Shown here piece after piece: positions 26,116-39,375 of a DNA stretch of 64,000 nucleotides. Position 1 is the first letter of the stretch. Every line of letters begins with the position of its first letter. The DNA is from Sphyrna mokarran. Its lineage: Eukaryota. The notes beneath the pieces are model-generated. The model was not told where the DNA came from. It did no database searches and worked only from the letters and a program-made list of their open reading frames with translations. The position numbers and the translations under genes were made by a program. Location: the NCBI GenBank assembly GCA_024679065.1, contig JAGIQG010000024.1, positions 26,288,001 to 26,352,000 on the forward strand. Direction: 5' to 3'.

Positions 26116-26933
26116 CTATGGAAGTTAAGGTGTCATTTACTGAAACATGCATACACAAGTTTCCTGGATTTAACAAACATTAATTTTAAATAAAACAGTA
26201 GCATTGGAATTACACCACAGCTTTTCAGAATCCATAAAGAGAATAATAGGTGAACCGTCTAGTATCCTGAGGTCTATCTTACACCAGCTGCAATTTAGGT
26301 AAAACTTTGTCATCTCTACTCCAATCCAAAGACCAGCCCTTGCCCTCCGCTAGTAGCGTCTTATTCTCAACATCCTATTTTAAATATCATTACTTCAGAA
26401 CAATTTGCATTATGGTCTCTTCCTATATCCTTGACCTTCCCTCTCCACTTTGCACCTTTGATGCCGGCCTTCAGAATATCATACCCCTTCTTAATCATCA
26501 TTATAGTAATTGAACCATCAGCCATCATAGCCTTGCCCTCTTGACTTTTTGATCCTTATTTCATCTCCTTCTACTTTCAAAAGCTTGTAAAAGGTGAGAT
26601 TAGTCATCAATTATTTTTGACACTGTAAAAGCTCAAGTCTGTCCTACAGTATGCTTCCGATTTACTTGATGGAAAAGCATGCGACAAGGAACGTTGACCT
26701 TGTACAGCTCAATAATGGATCGTAAAACACATTCTAAACTTAACACAGAGTTCAAGCTTACAATGAAAACGTTGTTACTATGACATGGATATTGCATAAA
26801 AGAGTAATTTAAGATATCATCCAAAATGCTTAGTGCTATCACTTCGCAATGTCTCATCAATTATGCATGATGTTATGATCCATTACATGATTATATAAGA
26901 TAAATCTTTGCAGAACTGTAACTTTTGACATAC

Positions 26934-27089
26934 ATGATGCTTGGCAAGTTCAATTTCTATTGCTTTTGGATCCCCAGTAATTGGCCTTTGTCCATCCAGC
27001 AGCTCCTCTGTGTGATTTAGCCAAGTCATAAGTTCAGCCAATGCATGTTGGAACTGACCCAGTGCCAGCAGGGCACCCTCCACTTTGTG
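26934..27089 (-). CDS. MACF1: MACF1 exon ([17 protein letters not shown]...IELAKHH)
   Basis: 156 nt, GT-AG. Confidence 0.94.
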
Positions 27090-27544
27090 CTGTGGAGAAA
27101 GAATAAGTTCACAGTTAACCATTCAGAATAAATATTCATGTTCTCTGAAATATTCCCCAGAATTTTCCCTCAGGTTGGGTCAATGAAGAAATATCCAGTC
27201 ATTCTGAATATAAAAAAAGCTGTCAAGTTCAAAATATTGAAATAGGATTTTAAGGTCATTACACTGGTGTACCAATCCACTGCATGCCAGGCAAGGGGTT
27301 TATTGCCCGTCATCTTCCTGATTCCCTTTAATTCAGTCAGGGATGGGAAATTTGAGGACAAGCTTTCTGCCCGAAGACCAATTGAAGCCCTTAAGCAGCT
27401 AATGATCACTCAATAACTTCATGCCTCCGCCCCAGGGACCCAACATCTCACAGGGAGACCACCAAGTAAAAGCTGGAGCTCTCCTGTTCTGGCACCATAT
27501 GGCCTATGAAAGGTTCCCCAGTGGCCAGGTCTGCATGCCCAGAA

Positions 27545-27680
27545 AGACAGAACCTCTGACAGTGCAGCATTGCCTCAGTACTAAATGATTGTGTCAGATT
27601 GGATTTTGTGCTCATGTATCAGGAGTGGGATTTGAACTCCAATCTTTGGGCTAGTTGTTTATACTGAGGAGTCTGACAAA
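27545..27680 (-). mobile_element. tRNA-derived SINE (DeuSINE-like) fragment
   Basis: gacagtgcagcattgcctcagtact...ggagtgggatttgaactc with reverse B box. Confidence 0.55.
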
Positions 27681-28021
27681 GACATGAAAGCAAGGCTTAA
27701 TGATCTCTAATCGCTTTTTGTTAAAATACTTCACAATATAGGACTTGTATTATTTGTCAATTTGGTACTGCATCAAATATGCCAACTTGATCATTTCACT
27801 TCAATCCTCCAATATCTTCAACGTATGCCGATTTGCTCAGTGTAAATCACGAAGCTAACTGCACAATTGTGCAGTTTCCTTTCATGGACCTTCGTGACTT
27901 CTATTACCTGCACAATGCAGCAATCCTAGGCTCCTGCATTGGGAAATCTACACATGAACATTACAAACACATGAAAAAATGCATTTGCAAATTAAAATTG
28001 CAGCAGACTGACTGCTTGTAC

Positions 28022-28195
28022 CTGTCTGTGAATAATCTTTTCTCCCAGATCTTCCCAGAGATGCTTGAGCTCAGTGAGCGGCTGCTGAATTAGGTCCCGG
28101 TCCGTGTCATCTGAGGCTCTTTTAAGCAGTAGCTCCCCCTGATGGTTCAGTTTTTCCATCTCTATTTGCTGCTGGTAAACCTCCATTTTAAATTC
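28022..28195 (-). CDS. MACF1: MACF1 exon (EFKMEVYQQQIEME...KIIHRQ)
   Basis: 174 nt, GT-AG. Confidence 0.94.
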
Positions 28196-28790
28196 CTGTG
28201 GATTGCAAGTGCAGTGGGAAAGTTAAGTAACATCCATTAGGTCATGTCAAATTTCAACGAGAACGTAAATTTAAAATCCAAGCCACTGCATGACTGTTTC
28301 TTCCTCTCCTATCATCCTCACCAGTTTCCCCCCACCTCAACCTTTGTGCTGCTGCAGTATAGGTTCGTGAACATTAGTTGTTTGACAGGGTGCCATACTT
28401 TATATACTAACTGGACAATAATATCAGAAGGTTATAACAAAAATGGGACATCCTAGTGGGCTTGATTCTATCCTCACGAAGTCTAGAGGCTTTTGCCTCC
28501 CTACGCCAATGATTCCAAGGCTGACAATGCTACTGCTGTTGCCCAAGTCAATCAACATAGCATAGCCATAGCACCTTATGCTTAATATAGTTCAGCTATT
28601 CACTGCTTATAACAGTTGAGCCATGAAATGATGGACATGTGGTAGATTTTTTTCAATCCAGTCAAAGGAGCCATTGTTCACATTAGATGAAGCTGATATG
28701 AAATGGATAAGAATTGAATGTGCTAATAAAAAAAGTGGAGAACTACTTTTCTTTCATATTGTGTGCTATTTCACTGTAACATTAACCCAC

Positions 28791-28892
28791 CTTCATTTCG
28801 TTTATTTGTTGCTTCACAGTGCTGATGTCTGTGCCAACTGGAGACATCTCACCAAGTTTTATTACTGTGTTATCCAGCCAGTCAAACATTGC
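28791..28892 (-). CDS. MACF1: MACF1 exon ([34 protein letters not shown])
   Basis: 102 nt, tag / gtgggt. Confidence 0.93.
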
Positions 28893-28981
28893 CTAAAAAA
28901 TTCACAATAGATTAGGAAACATCATTTCGCTCTATTCATGTTTACATTGATACTATGCAGAACATTCAGAACATTCCTTAC

Positions 28982-29083
28982 TTGCAATGAATCTTGGTAT
29001 TGTACAGCTGCCTGCATGACCTCCTCCAGTTTGTCCATCCGTTCCTTCCATGCTTTGTTCAGGTTATCCCAAGTGTAATTAAG
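28982..29083 (-). CDS. MACF1: MACF1 exon ([34 protein letters not shown])
   Basis: 102 nt, GT-AG; followed by an 89-nt intron. Confidence 0.93.
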
Positions 29084-29128
29084 CTAGAAATAGTTATGAC
29101 AAAATCCATTAGAATGGAAGCATGATGA

Positions 29129-29480
29129 AACAACAACAACAACAACAACATGCAATTACATAGCATCTTCAACACAGTAAGACATTCAAATACTGTACAG
29201 AAGTATAACTAGATAAAACAAGATACCAAGACATTAAGATATTAGGATAGATGGCCAAAAGTTTGGCTAAAGTGATGAGTTTCAAGTGATGGCTTAAAAG
29301 AGAGGTGAAAAAGTTTAAGGAAGGAATTCCAAAACTTAGGGGGTGCTAGTAGGTCAAGACATTATGAATGGTGAAAAAATGAAAATTGCAAAAGACCAGA
29401 AGTGGAGATGTGCAGAGACCTCAGAAGATTTGTCAGACTGGGGGAAATTACAGAAAGAGGGAGGGATAGCAATACCTGAA
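29129..29480 (-). mobile_element. L2-type LINE 3' end with (AAC)7 microsatellite tail
   Basis: (aac)7 at 29129-29150, then atgcaattacatagcatctt; a related 3' end lies near 17610-17750. Confidence 0.55.
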
Positions 29481-29680
29481 AATGACCTGTATAGATTAGT
29501 GCTTCCCATTTATTGGCTCACTCTACATTCAAAACAAACTCTCATACTTTATTCATATTTTTCCAACAAAATGTCAGCCAAGGTAGAAGACAACAATTGT
29601 ATGACAGACTAGCGTCAGACTGCTACAAACTTTTGATCATAGTTTAGATGCAAATTAAGTACTCTTGGTTCTGACATTAA

Positions 29681-30347
29681 AGGTCTAATTTTACATTGTA
29701 TTACACCCATTTTGGTAAAGTTGGGCGAGAAGCGAAAAGTGTGATCCACACCTGCCTCCGTGCCAGCTCCCACTTTACCAAAGGCCCGAAAATGGCTGCG
29801 TGCATTTAAATTGACTTAATGGGCTACATGCCCAACTTTACCGACACTCTCCCCTTTATCACAGCGTTTGCCCATCTAGAATCAACGCGAAATAGACATG
29901 CTTCATACAAATCCGATTAGTCAGCTCCAGTTAGTGAGCAAGTAAATTGATTAGTGTCCGATGGCTGTCTGCTTGGGACTGATGGAAGGGTCTGCTACCA
30001 CTCTGGCTGAGATTGTGCGCGTGTGTGTGTGTGCGTGTGCGTGTGGAGTCAGTAATGTTGTGGGGGCATGAAGGAGGCATTAGCTGGCTCAGGAGGGAAA
30101 GGACAAGGAAGCAGCATTCTATCTTTTTTTGCTGTGCATGCACAGTTGCAGGCACTGATTGAAACTAGAGGTTTCAGGCACATTAAGCCTTTCCCACAAG
30201 CTTTTGCAGCACGATTAGGACTCGTGGATATTTTTGCGGGCAGCGCGCGTATGGGAACACCTCAGAACAGGTCTAAAAGTTGGATTTGAAACAGTCCCAG
30301 TTTCAAGTCCACTCAGCACTTAGAATCAAAATGGTAAAATAGGGCCT
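29681..30347. mobile_element. MITE / non-autonomous DNA transposon (possibly PIF-Harbinger-like) with internal (GT)n
   Basis: Ends aggtctaattttac / gtaaaatagggcct form imperfect TIRs; CpG-richer than the flanks. Confidence 0.55.
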
Positions 30348-30975
30348 TGAATGTTTAATCATGGTTATTGTAATTCTTTTTCCAGATTTACCTGTCATAC
30401 AGATAACCAACTGATTTTTCATCAAGCCAGCCGATGTTACAAAGGAGACTCATTTCAAAGTCATGTGAATTGCAGATTTGAGGTCATTATCAGATTTGCT
30501 GTGATCTTATGAAACGACAGAGCAGAACGAAGGGACCAAATTGCCTACTCCTTGTTAATTTGTTTTAGATAAACAAATTATCTGTTAAGGCAATAACACT
30601 GTTCAAATGGGTGGACTATTAAAATATATTTTGTTGAAATATCATCTCAGCAAACCTTTGGCCCAACCTTCATTTGAACAAAAAAAAATGGACTTGACTT
30701 TGGATAAGATTTTAGAAGCCAAAGCACGTTAGAGTGGGTGCTATATGCAATGTACATTACATTGCATGACATATTATGCAACCTTCAATAGTATTACTTT
30801 TGGGGATATCATATTGCTTATGATTGAATATCTAAATATTCTCTGTTAACAAAATAATCAATTAACTTGGCACTAGTCTCACATCTATTGGTCTCTTGGT
30901 CAAGTTCTATAATACTGGTATCACCTATAGCATACATTATTCATCACTCATCATCATTTCAATTTAATATTTTAC

Positions 30976-31098
30976 CTCATCTATGCTTTTCTTCACTTCT
31001 GGTTTTTCAAATTCTCCACAAGCAAAAATAAGGTCTGCTCCCAGGATTCGCACAAATTCCAGCTCCTCATGGAGCCCATCTGTTTCCTCTTTAATTGT
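30976..31098 (-). CDS. MACF1: MACF1 exon ([29 protein letters not shown]...KKSIDE)
   Basis: 123 nt, GT-AG. Confidence 0.94.
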
Positions 31099-31290
31099 CT
31101 GAAATCAGCAGAATATTACCAGGAAATTGTTGTTGTTAATCGTGTGCACTTACCATACTACATTCTATTGTTTTAGAAAATCAGATTTTTTTGTGATTGC
31201 AAACAAGACAAATAAATGAGCAAGCAACATGGCTAAAACAGATTTTTTCATAAAAACTAAATGAAATTCATATTTGAACCATATCCATAC

Positions 31291-31517
31291 CTCTGCAGCC
31301 TCCTGCTGTTGTTTAATGATTGAGGGGTCAATACCAGGACTCTCCAGGTCTCGTACTATATCCTGCGTGTCTTTAATGGTGGTCAGCAACGCAGCCATGT
31401 CACACCAAAACTTTTCAGCCAGGTCAAGCACATCCAGAAGTTTAATATCTCTCTCTTCACCACGAGCTTTGATATCTTCCCAGTAAAATATCATCTCATC
31501 CAATTTGTCTTGAATGG
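31291..31517 (-). CDS. MACF1: MACF1 exon ([16 protein letters not shown]...QQEAAE)
   Basis: 227 nt, phase 1-0. Confidence 0.94.
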
Positions 31518-32779
31518 CTAAATTATTATAAGTTGGAAAAAAGCTAGATTATTTCAAACTGTCATTATATGGTAATATAATGATTGAATGCTGCCAGAAA
31601 TGAGGCCACAGCATACAATAAAGCATGTTAAACTCTTCAAAAACTGACTCTTCAGAGCTGTTTGATGAAGTTGACTGTGTCGAACCCTTTCCAAATTGGA
31701 TCAAATACTCAAACGTACAAGAACACTAGACAAGAGCTTTGAGAATTTGTGTTTGTCTAAAACAATATTAAATGGATAAAATTTTTTTTTTGCAACAAAT
31801 TCTAATAATCCACATACTTGATGCCCCATTTCAGAGATGGGAATAAAATGATTACAGCCTTTGATAAATATAGAATATAACTGAATGCACCATACTCAAG
31901 GTCTCTCCCAGCTGAGAGAATCAGAACAAAATGCAAAGGCAAAGAGGTGCTTTGCTTTCTGTCACTGAATGCAAAATGAATTAACAGCCATTTTATTCAG
32001 CCAAAGAAAGACCAGGACAGAGGCACCAAAAGGCAAAGAGATCTTTATCTTTTGTTAACCTTCCAATTCACTAAGAAGTGACAAAACTTATCACAAGCGG
32101 AAATAACACACTACATTATGAAACTCTGACAAATTGATTAGGTCAGTTATATCTGTGATTAACTTGATCGGTAGGTCACCATTATTTTCCTTTGCAAAAC
32201 ATCTATCACTTGTTTGCAAAACACATATATATTTGAATAGTGGAAATAAGTTTGGTTTGTCATTCATTTTATGGTTGTTTGTTGGAGCTTCTACTGCACA
32301 AAGCTGCTGCATCATTTGTGTAATTTAGAACAGCGGCTAATCTTCAATAACAATCACTGGTTGCATGGAATTTCACTATGTGCTAAAGTGAAAATCTTTT
32401 CATTCAGTTATGTTCCTTGTATTTGGTAAAACACATACTTAAGGAGAAACAGATACTGCATCATATTCCATCAAGCTTTTAAAAGTTGAAATTAGAAAAC
32501 ACATCGTCTTCCAGAATTTCAATTTTATTGCTTCCGGATAACGTTCAAAACTTTTGATTTTTGAATACATCCTTCCAATGGGTCTGAAAATGTTTTAAAA
32601 GGCTGTACCTTGAATTTGATTTAACATCTGAAGAACAGATTCAGGAATTCAGACAGAATTTTAAAGAAGAAACTATTAGCTTCTAATTTGAATTGTTAGA
32701 TTGTATATCATCAGTGGGTTTTATAATGGCGAATAGTCTTGTGATTATGTACAAATTTTAAAAACTTAATATTCAGTAC

Positions 32780-33011
32780 CTTTAGCTGCAGGATCCTCAT
32801 CTGCTCCAGTAGACCGTCCAATTAGCTCTTCACCACGACGTTTAAGAGCTTCAAAAGATGGCTGAAGCTTTTCTAGCTCCATTGCAATATTTTTGTTCTC
32901 ATTGATGTGCTCTTTAATCTTCTCAACCTCGGCAGGTATCGATGGAGGCATCCGCATTCGATCAGCAATATGTTCCAGAGACTCTAACATCGGGTCAATC
33001 TTATCATGGAA
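32780..33011 (-). CDS. MACF1: MACF1 exon ([12 protein letters not shown]...DEDPAAK)
   Basis: 232 nt, phase 0-1. Confidence 0.94.
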
Positions 33012-33727
33012 CTAAACAGACCACAAGAGGAATTGGCATTGACTGAAAATTTTCTCAGAATTATTCTTCATCTGAAATTGTCTGTATAGCAGAAATCATC
33101 TCAGTACAAATTCAAGCAAAGCAATGAGCAGCAACACTTTTATAGACATTTTGCAATAAAAACATGCATAATATTTAAGCAAAATCAGTTCTTGTATCAA
33201 TGCTTATAAAAACGCCTAACTTATTGAGAGATTGAATAATCCACTTAATTGAAGACGGCCGATTCACCTAGGTTTCCATATGATGTTGAGAAATTTTTTT
33301 ATAAATCCTCTAAAACACAAAACTTGTGGAAAGAAAATAGAAATATTGACACTCTTGCATCAAATGTAATTCCATTTTTGTATTCGGAGAAAGGGGAATT
33401 TATTCTGCGTAAGCTAAACAAATATTTTATTTTTCATTTCTTTCCAACTTGGGACTACTAAAAGATTTGACCTGAGTTACAAAACTGTGCTACAATTATG
33501 GACTAACAGTTGGGATTGGCATCTTGTTGTAATTAATCTACAAACAAATTAGAATTCATTGTGGCAAATTATATTTTTATGCAACTGTATAAAATGAAGA
33601 TCAAAATAAGCAATTTTTAAAAATAAATATATAATGAAACAATTTTGAGATTACATAATTTATTTCATTTAGCATTTGAAATTGTTTGTTTATAATTTTA
33701 TTTTTTGTCAAACATTTACTTAGCAAA

Positions 33728-34065
33728 GAGCAGCACAGTGGTTAGCACTGCTGCCTCATAGCATCAGGGCCTGGGTTTGATTCTGACCTTGCATGACTGT
33801 GTGCAGTTTGCATGTTCTCCCTGTGTCTGTGCTGGTTTCCTCCAGTTTCCTCCCACTGTCCAAAGATGTGCAAGTTAGGTAGACTGGTCATGCTAAATTG
33901 CCCCTTAGTGTCCAAAGATGTGTAGGTTATGTGGATTGGCCATGGTAAATGGCAGGATTGCAAAGATCAGGCAGGGGGGTTAGTATGGTGAAATGTTCTT
34001 TCCACAAGTGGTGCAAACTTGAAGGGCCAAATAGCCGCCTCCTGCACTGTAGGTGTTCTATGCTA
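33728..34065 (+). mobile_element. HE1-like V-SINE
   Basis: gcacagtggttagcactgctgcctca head, V core tttgcatgttctccctgtgtctg, LINE-derived tail ...ttctatg. Confidence 0.88.
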
Positions 34066-35091
34066 GTGAAGTGGAAGATTACCAATAATCATTTTACGTA
34101 TTAAGTTCAATTTGCAAATTAAAGTTTTTACTCACCTACATCAAAGATTAACACAAATGTTTTTGACTTGTCACAATCATAGTTAAACAAATCCCTTCAG
34201 TGTACCCAATCGTTTTGATTCCATGATAAATGATATATATTTTACTCAAAACCAAACATCCCAAAGGTTGATTATGCTGAACTTTGTCTATCAATTTAGA
34301 AGACCTATTTCACTGGTTGATATCAAAAGAACAGAACAATCAATACAGCGGGGACTCATGTCAGTGACAAAGAGTAAGGGATCTGTGAACAAAATATACT
34401 ATTCTGAATATTATAATTCCATCAAGTCATACGTCAGAACCGGGTCTTTGCAATGACTTATCAACATACTAGCTGTGAAAATTTCCCTTTGACTCTGGAA
34501 CCAGGATTCAAATTGAGCCCAAATGATTGGGAGGAAATTTTATTTTCCATATAGTTGTAGAAGTCCAAGCTTAAATCAATTTGAGATCTCAATCATGTTA
34601 GAAGTGGAAAGGTACCCATAATTCAGAACTAAAGACAATGACACTCAGACAGAATAGAATGATTGCTCTGGTAGAACACAGTGGTTTTTGAAGTTGAACT
34701 CAAGGCAATGATTAGAATAATTAAGTGAGGGACACATCAATCAAATTAAGGAGGAAAAAACACTTTTAGTAATGACATAAAAACAGACTGAGTATCAGAA
34801 ATGCTGGAAATTCATTTTAATGAAAACATCTGCTCTTAAGTACTGTGTTACAGAGGAAACAGATCAATTCACAAAGTTCAAATCGATGTATTTAAAATTC
34901 AGCAAAGTTGAACGTACAACTATCCATTAAGTAATACATGGCCTTTTAGAACAGCTGTAAATTGTGCAGGGACTGTTCTTTACCTGTCAAAGTTTCAAGT
35001 AACTATTAACAACAGATTTATCCAAAGAAAATAAAACAGAAAAGGAACCCTAAAGTGTAGCAGCATCGATTGTCCAAGGAGCTCTGCTTAC

Positions 35092-35100
35092 CTCAGCATT
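35092..35100 (-). CDS. MACF1: Candidate 9-nt microexon (AAT GCT GAG, NAE)
   Basis: Minus strand reads ttgtgttcgtcacatctcattag|AATGCTGAG|gtaagc; lies between ...SQSAQ and FHDK..., where I recall mammalian MACF1 carrying a 3-aa xxE insert. Confidence 0.8.
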
Positions 35101-36014
35101 CTAATGAGATGTGACGAACACAACAATTAAACACAACGTAGCAGGAGATGTCGGCAAACAAACATTTAATTCCATGAGGTGAGCGGAATGGAAAACAAAT
35201 GACATGTTAATATGAGAACACTATGATGGGATAACACAAGGGAATGCATTGAAACAAGTCAAATATGGAAGGGAAACACTTCACAAACATTACTTTGTTT
35301 TGCCATAGTGTTTTTGTATCATTGGAAAGAACTCTATGTGTGCCATAATATTCTTTTAATTCTCCTGCACTGGTCTCTTCCCCCATTTTGTTTCAATTGC
35401 TCCTAATTTTGGCGAGAATACCATGTCAAACAGAACCATCGTTAATCACCAACAATGATTAATTGACTAACTAGCAAGCATGCATCAATAGCCACTATAT
35501 AAAGAAATGTGCCAATCTAAAGGAGCAAATGGACAATTCAATCCAACTGACAGTCATTTCATTATAGCAAAGCAAAACAGCATGTGCCTTGCAAAAGAAG
35601 TGAAATCCATCACATATATAGTTGACAACTTGAAAAACTTAAAGCAAGCATTCATCAAAAAAAAAATCACCTTTTCTATTTGTTGGTCAATTATTGAGTG
35701 CAAATTATTGTCCCCATCTTATTTTATTACTGCTTTTAATGTTTCTGAATAATATTTCTGTTTCTGTACAATAATGTTTCTGTACAATAGCTCTAGCATA
35801 GAGTGTGCCTCTCATTTTCAAAAAGCATTATTGATGTTGGCCAAGGAGATGACTGTGACCTAGACTTGTCAGCCTTCTGCAGAAGCAAGAATTATATTAA
35901 GAAGTGACAGCTGTGGGGAGCTAAAAGGATAAAACGTTTCCCTTTTAACAAACAAATAATTAGCCTTAAACAAAACCTATACAAATATATACAGCTACAA
36001 TCAGCAAAGAGTAC

Positions 36015-36218
36015 CTGAGCAGACTGTGAAATGGCTTCATCCAACGCCAAAGCCCGCTGTCTTGCATCCTGTTTTATTTTAGCATAAAGTGCTTCAGCTG
36101 TGGTATATTTCTCATGCACCATTTTACCCTCATCAGGATTCAACACCATCAACTGAGGACCAATCTTCATCAGTTTATCAATATGAGGCTTGTGTTCTGA
36201 GATTGATTCACGAAGTTG
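36015..36218 (-). CDS. MACF1: MACF1 exon ([15 protein letters not shown]...DEAISQSAQ)
   Basis: 204 nt, GT-AG. Confidence 0.94.
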
Positions 36219-37252
36219 CTGTTATAAAACAAGATATAGATTTCACAGTTAGAAAGAATGTCTAAACACATTCTGGCAAAAGACAACATCATTTATGTTA
36301 GATGAAACAACATCACTTGGGCAAGCTCAGCACTCCTGTGCCCAGTGAGCCACATTCAAAGGGAGTCTGTGTGTTAGAACAAGGCTATAATACTTAATAA
36401 ATCGCAGTAGGTTATTTGGCGCTTTGAATCTGCTTCACTTTCAGTAAGATCATGACTGATCATCTACAGCACATATCCATATCGAGAGAAACATGGGAAT
36501 AATTCCCATAATATCCAAGAAACTGTCAATCTTTACCAGGCCTGGAATTTACTGATGAACATAAAGTTTCTTGAGGCAGAGAATTCCTAATGTTCACAGC
36601 ACTCTTAGAGCTGAAGAAGCTCTGAGGATCATTTAGACTCAAAACATTGGCACTATTCTCAATATATCCACTATGGGGATGTGTCTACATATAGATTTTA
36701 CATATATTAACTGGACTGTAAACTGGATGGGTTACCCAGGTTTTGGCAGCTTCAGTGAGACGAGGTCAGCCTCATGGGCACTTGTTACAGATCATACAAA
36801 GAAAAAGTGCTTGCTCTTGCAAGCTCACTCTCTCAACCTTATAAACCCACCACAGATACAGACATCCTATCACCAACCATTCCCAACCTCAATGCTTTGG
36901 GATGGGGCCAATCCACTTTATCCCACTTCAGGGTCAGTGATTGGAACAACTTGATTCTGCAGCCTTTTGATCAGTGTTTTCACCTGATTGGAAGCCAAAT
37001 CTGTCAGTCCAGCCAACTTCTGGACAAGGAACCTGTCTCCTCTCCCCTTCACTGATTCATGGAAATACCATGTACAGTAGAACTTCACAAACAACGTACA
37101 CAATTTCCTCATTCCCTGCTAATTTTTTCAATCTCAATATCATTTACTGGTGCCAATTGAGAATCTGGTTACCTGAAGTATACTGGAGGTATATAGACAC
37201 AAATGGTACTTAAAAGAAATAGACCAAACTACACATTGTCCTTTTATCTTAC

Positions 37253-37471
37253 CCTCATTTCTTCCTGTTGTAGTTTCAGCATCTCATGGTCAACAGCTGG
37301 TGGTGGGAGCTGTGTTATCAGAGTTCTGGTCTCATCAAGCCATGGACATAGTTCCTCATGTGTTTCCCAAAACTGGTTAATCAGGACTTGAGCCCGCTCT
37401 AATTGGGAGTACCTTTCAGTGTTCATCTGACTGACTGTCTCGTACTGCTGCTGCAATAAGTCCATCTTCTC
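37253..37471 (-). CDS. MACF1: MACF1 exon (EKMDLLQQQY...NQFWETHEEL...QEEMR)
   Basis: 219 nt, GT-AG. Confidence 0.94.
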
Positions 37472-37825
37472 CTACGTGGATGTGAATACATATAGATGTA
37501 CATATTTAAGATTGCAGCATAATAATTAAAACCTCGCTATTATTAAAAGTAGTTAACTATAGGCAAATAGTTTGTTATTGATAAGCTAGAACACATCAGC
37601 ATTATGATAGGATCGTCTTTAAAACATTCAAAGTTTTGACAACGAATTTGCATGAAATTTCTCTCAAATTGCAAGATTTCTGTACTATGGTCTGCAAGTA
37701 ATGATTCATTTTGTGTCAGAAAAATAAACGTATGAATTCACACCTTAATATTATGAAATGGTACAATGTGTAAACATGTATTCTGTTATAGTGGCCGGCC
37801 TTCTACAGAATTAAAGAAATAATAC

Positions 37826-37933
37826 CTGCAACATAGTCTTCTGTTCATCACCACAAGTACTCAAGATTTCTTCTTGAGTGTTACTCAATTCATCTATGGA
37901 ATCCTTGTGCCTTATGATGTCTATTGAAAAGGC
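37826..37933 (-). CDS. MACF1: MACF1 exon (AFSIDIIRHKDSIDEL...KTMLQ)
   Basis: 108 nt, GT-AG. Confidence 0.93.
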
Positions 37934-38779
37934 CTAAAAACATTAAAGAAAAATTTGTAAAACATGAAATTAACACTACTGTAAGTTTGCTACTGCACTT
38001 ACTGTACACGGTGAGTAATAATCTCCAATTTCTAGCCTCGACAGATTAGAATTAATTTTATGTTAACACGATGGGCACAAAGTCATGGATGAATGAACCC
38101 TAGTTATAGTCGTAGAAATAAATCAGAAGTTTTAGATAATCAGAAAATTGTACATTCTTTTTGCATGGTAAATTATGTGAATTTCAACATGAATCAGTAT
38201 TTTGGGTCAACCGTACATAAACTGGTTTGTAAATGATATTTAAAATAAATTTTACACTTTGTATAAGAGCTGCTAAGATACAGACATGAGCAACACAAGC
38301 TCCAGGGTTTGAATTGGATTGAATTGTTATTTAAAAAAACTCAAACTCCCATTGGGCATACACTAGACTAGGATAAGCTCATTTGGTTCAAACAATAAAA
38401 AAAATTATAAATTTACAACCATCACCTACTATATAATACATCAACTACATTGTTAATATACTTGTACTCTATGGAGGGATAGAGGGAAAAAATAAATTGT
38501 TCACAGTCTGCCAACTAACATATCTGCAAATAGTAAATGCACATAATTATATTAGCTTAAATTCCACCTGCAGAATCTGACTTTAAGTTGAATCCCAATC
38601 TTTTATTCATCACTGAAGTAGGCACTGAGAATAACTATTGCAAGGTATTAGTTATTCACTATTCTTTACAGGTTTCAGACTAAAGCTTAATTGGGAGACA
38701 ATCACTGAAGTCCTTCCCCCCACCACTCGCTTGTGTTGTGTACTGAGCCGAATCTCAAAAGTGAGGAAGAAAAAAACTA

Positions 38780-38985
38780 CAATAGAATCATAGAACCCTG
38801 TCAGTGCAGAGACAGGCTATTTGGCCCATCAATTCTGTACTGACTCTCCGACAGAGCATCACACCCAGACTCTATCCCTGTAACTCCATGCATTTACTTC
38901 ACTAATCCCACTAACCTACACATCTTGGGACATTAAGGCAATTTGGCATGACCAATACACTTAACCTGCACATCTTTGGACTTCT
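38780..38985 (-). mobile_element. HE1-like SINE, 3' half
   Basis: atagaatcatagaa tail and ctaacctacacatcttgggaca core, reverse orientation. Confidence 0.82.
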
Positions 38986-39375
38986 CTGGGAGTTGTGAAC
39001 AAAATTTAAGGAATTAAACTATATTAACAGAGGTGATTTGCCACACAATTCTTTTTTCCTATAATGTCTATTAATGTTTCCTGAATAGTTCTTTTTGACT
39101 TGGTCAAGACACAGTGATTGCCCATTGTTGCCATGGCCTTTGCACACGCTCTCAAATTATGTGGAGAGAAAAACAGTTGAGAAAACTAATTAAAAAACAA
39201 GCGACCAACCAAATCTTTTCAGAAGATTTAATATAGGATATGCAATAAACAAAATTGCACTATGAAATGCATGCAGCACATATTACAAATATTTTGTGCA
39301 CAATGAAGTACAGCATTTGTTTAAAGGCTACCTTTAAATGGACATTCGATGAGTACTACACCATATCATTCCTAC

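Noticed and set aside
33728-33800. tRNA genes at SINE heads (also 17220, 50660)
   Set aside because: A/B-box remnants only, no cloverleaf, and each continues into a SINE body.
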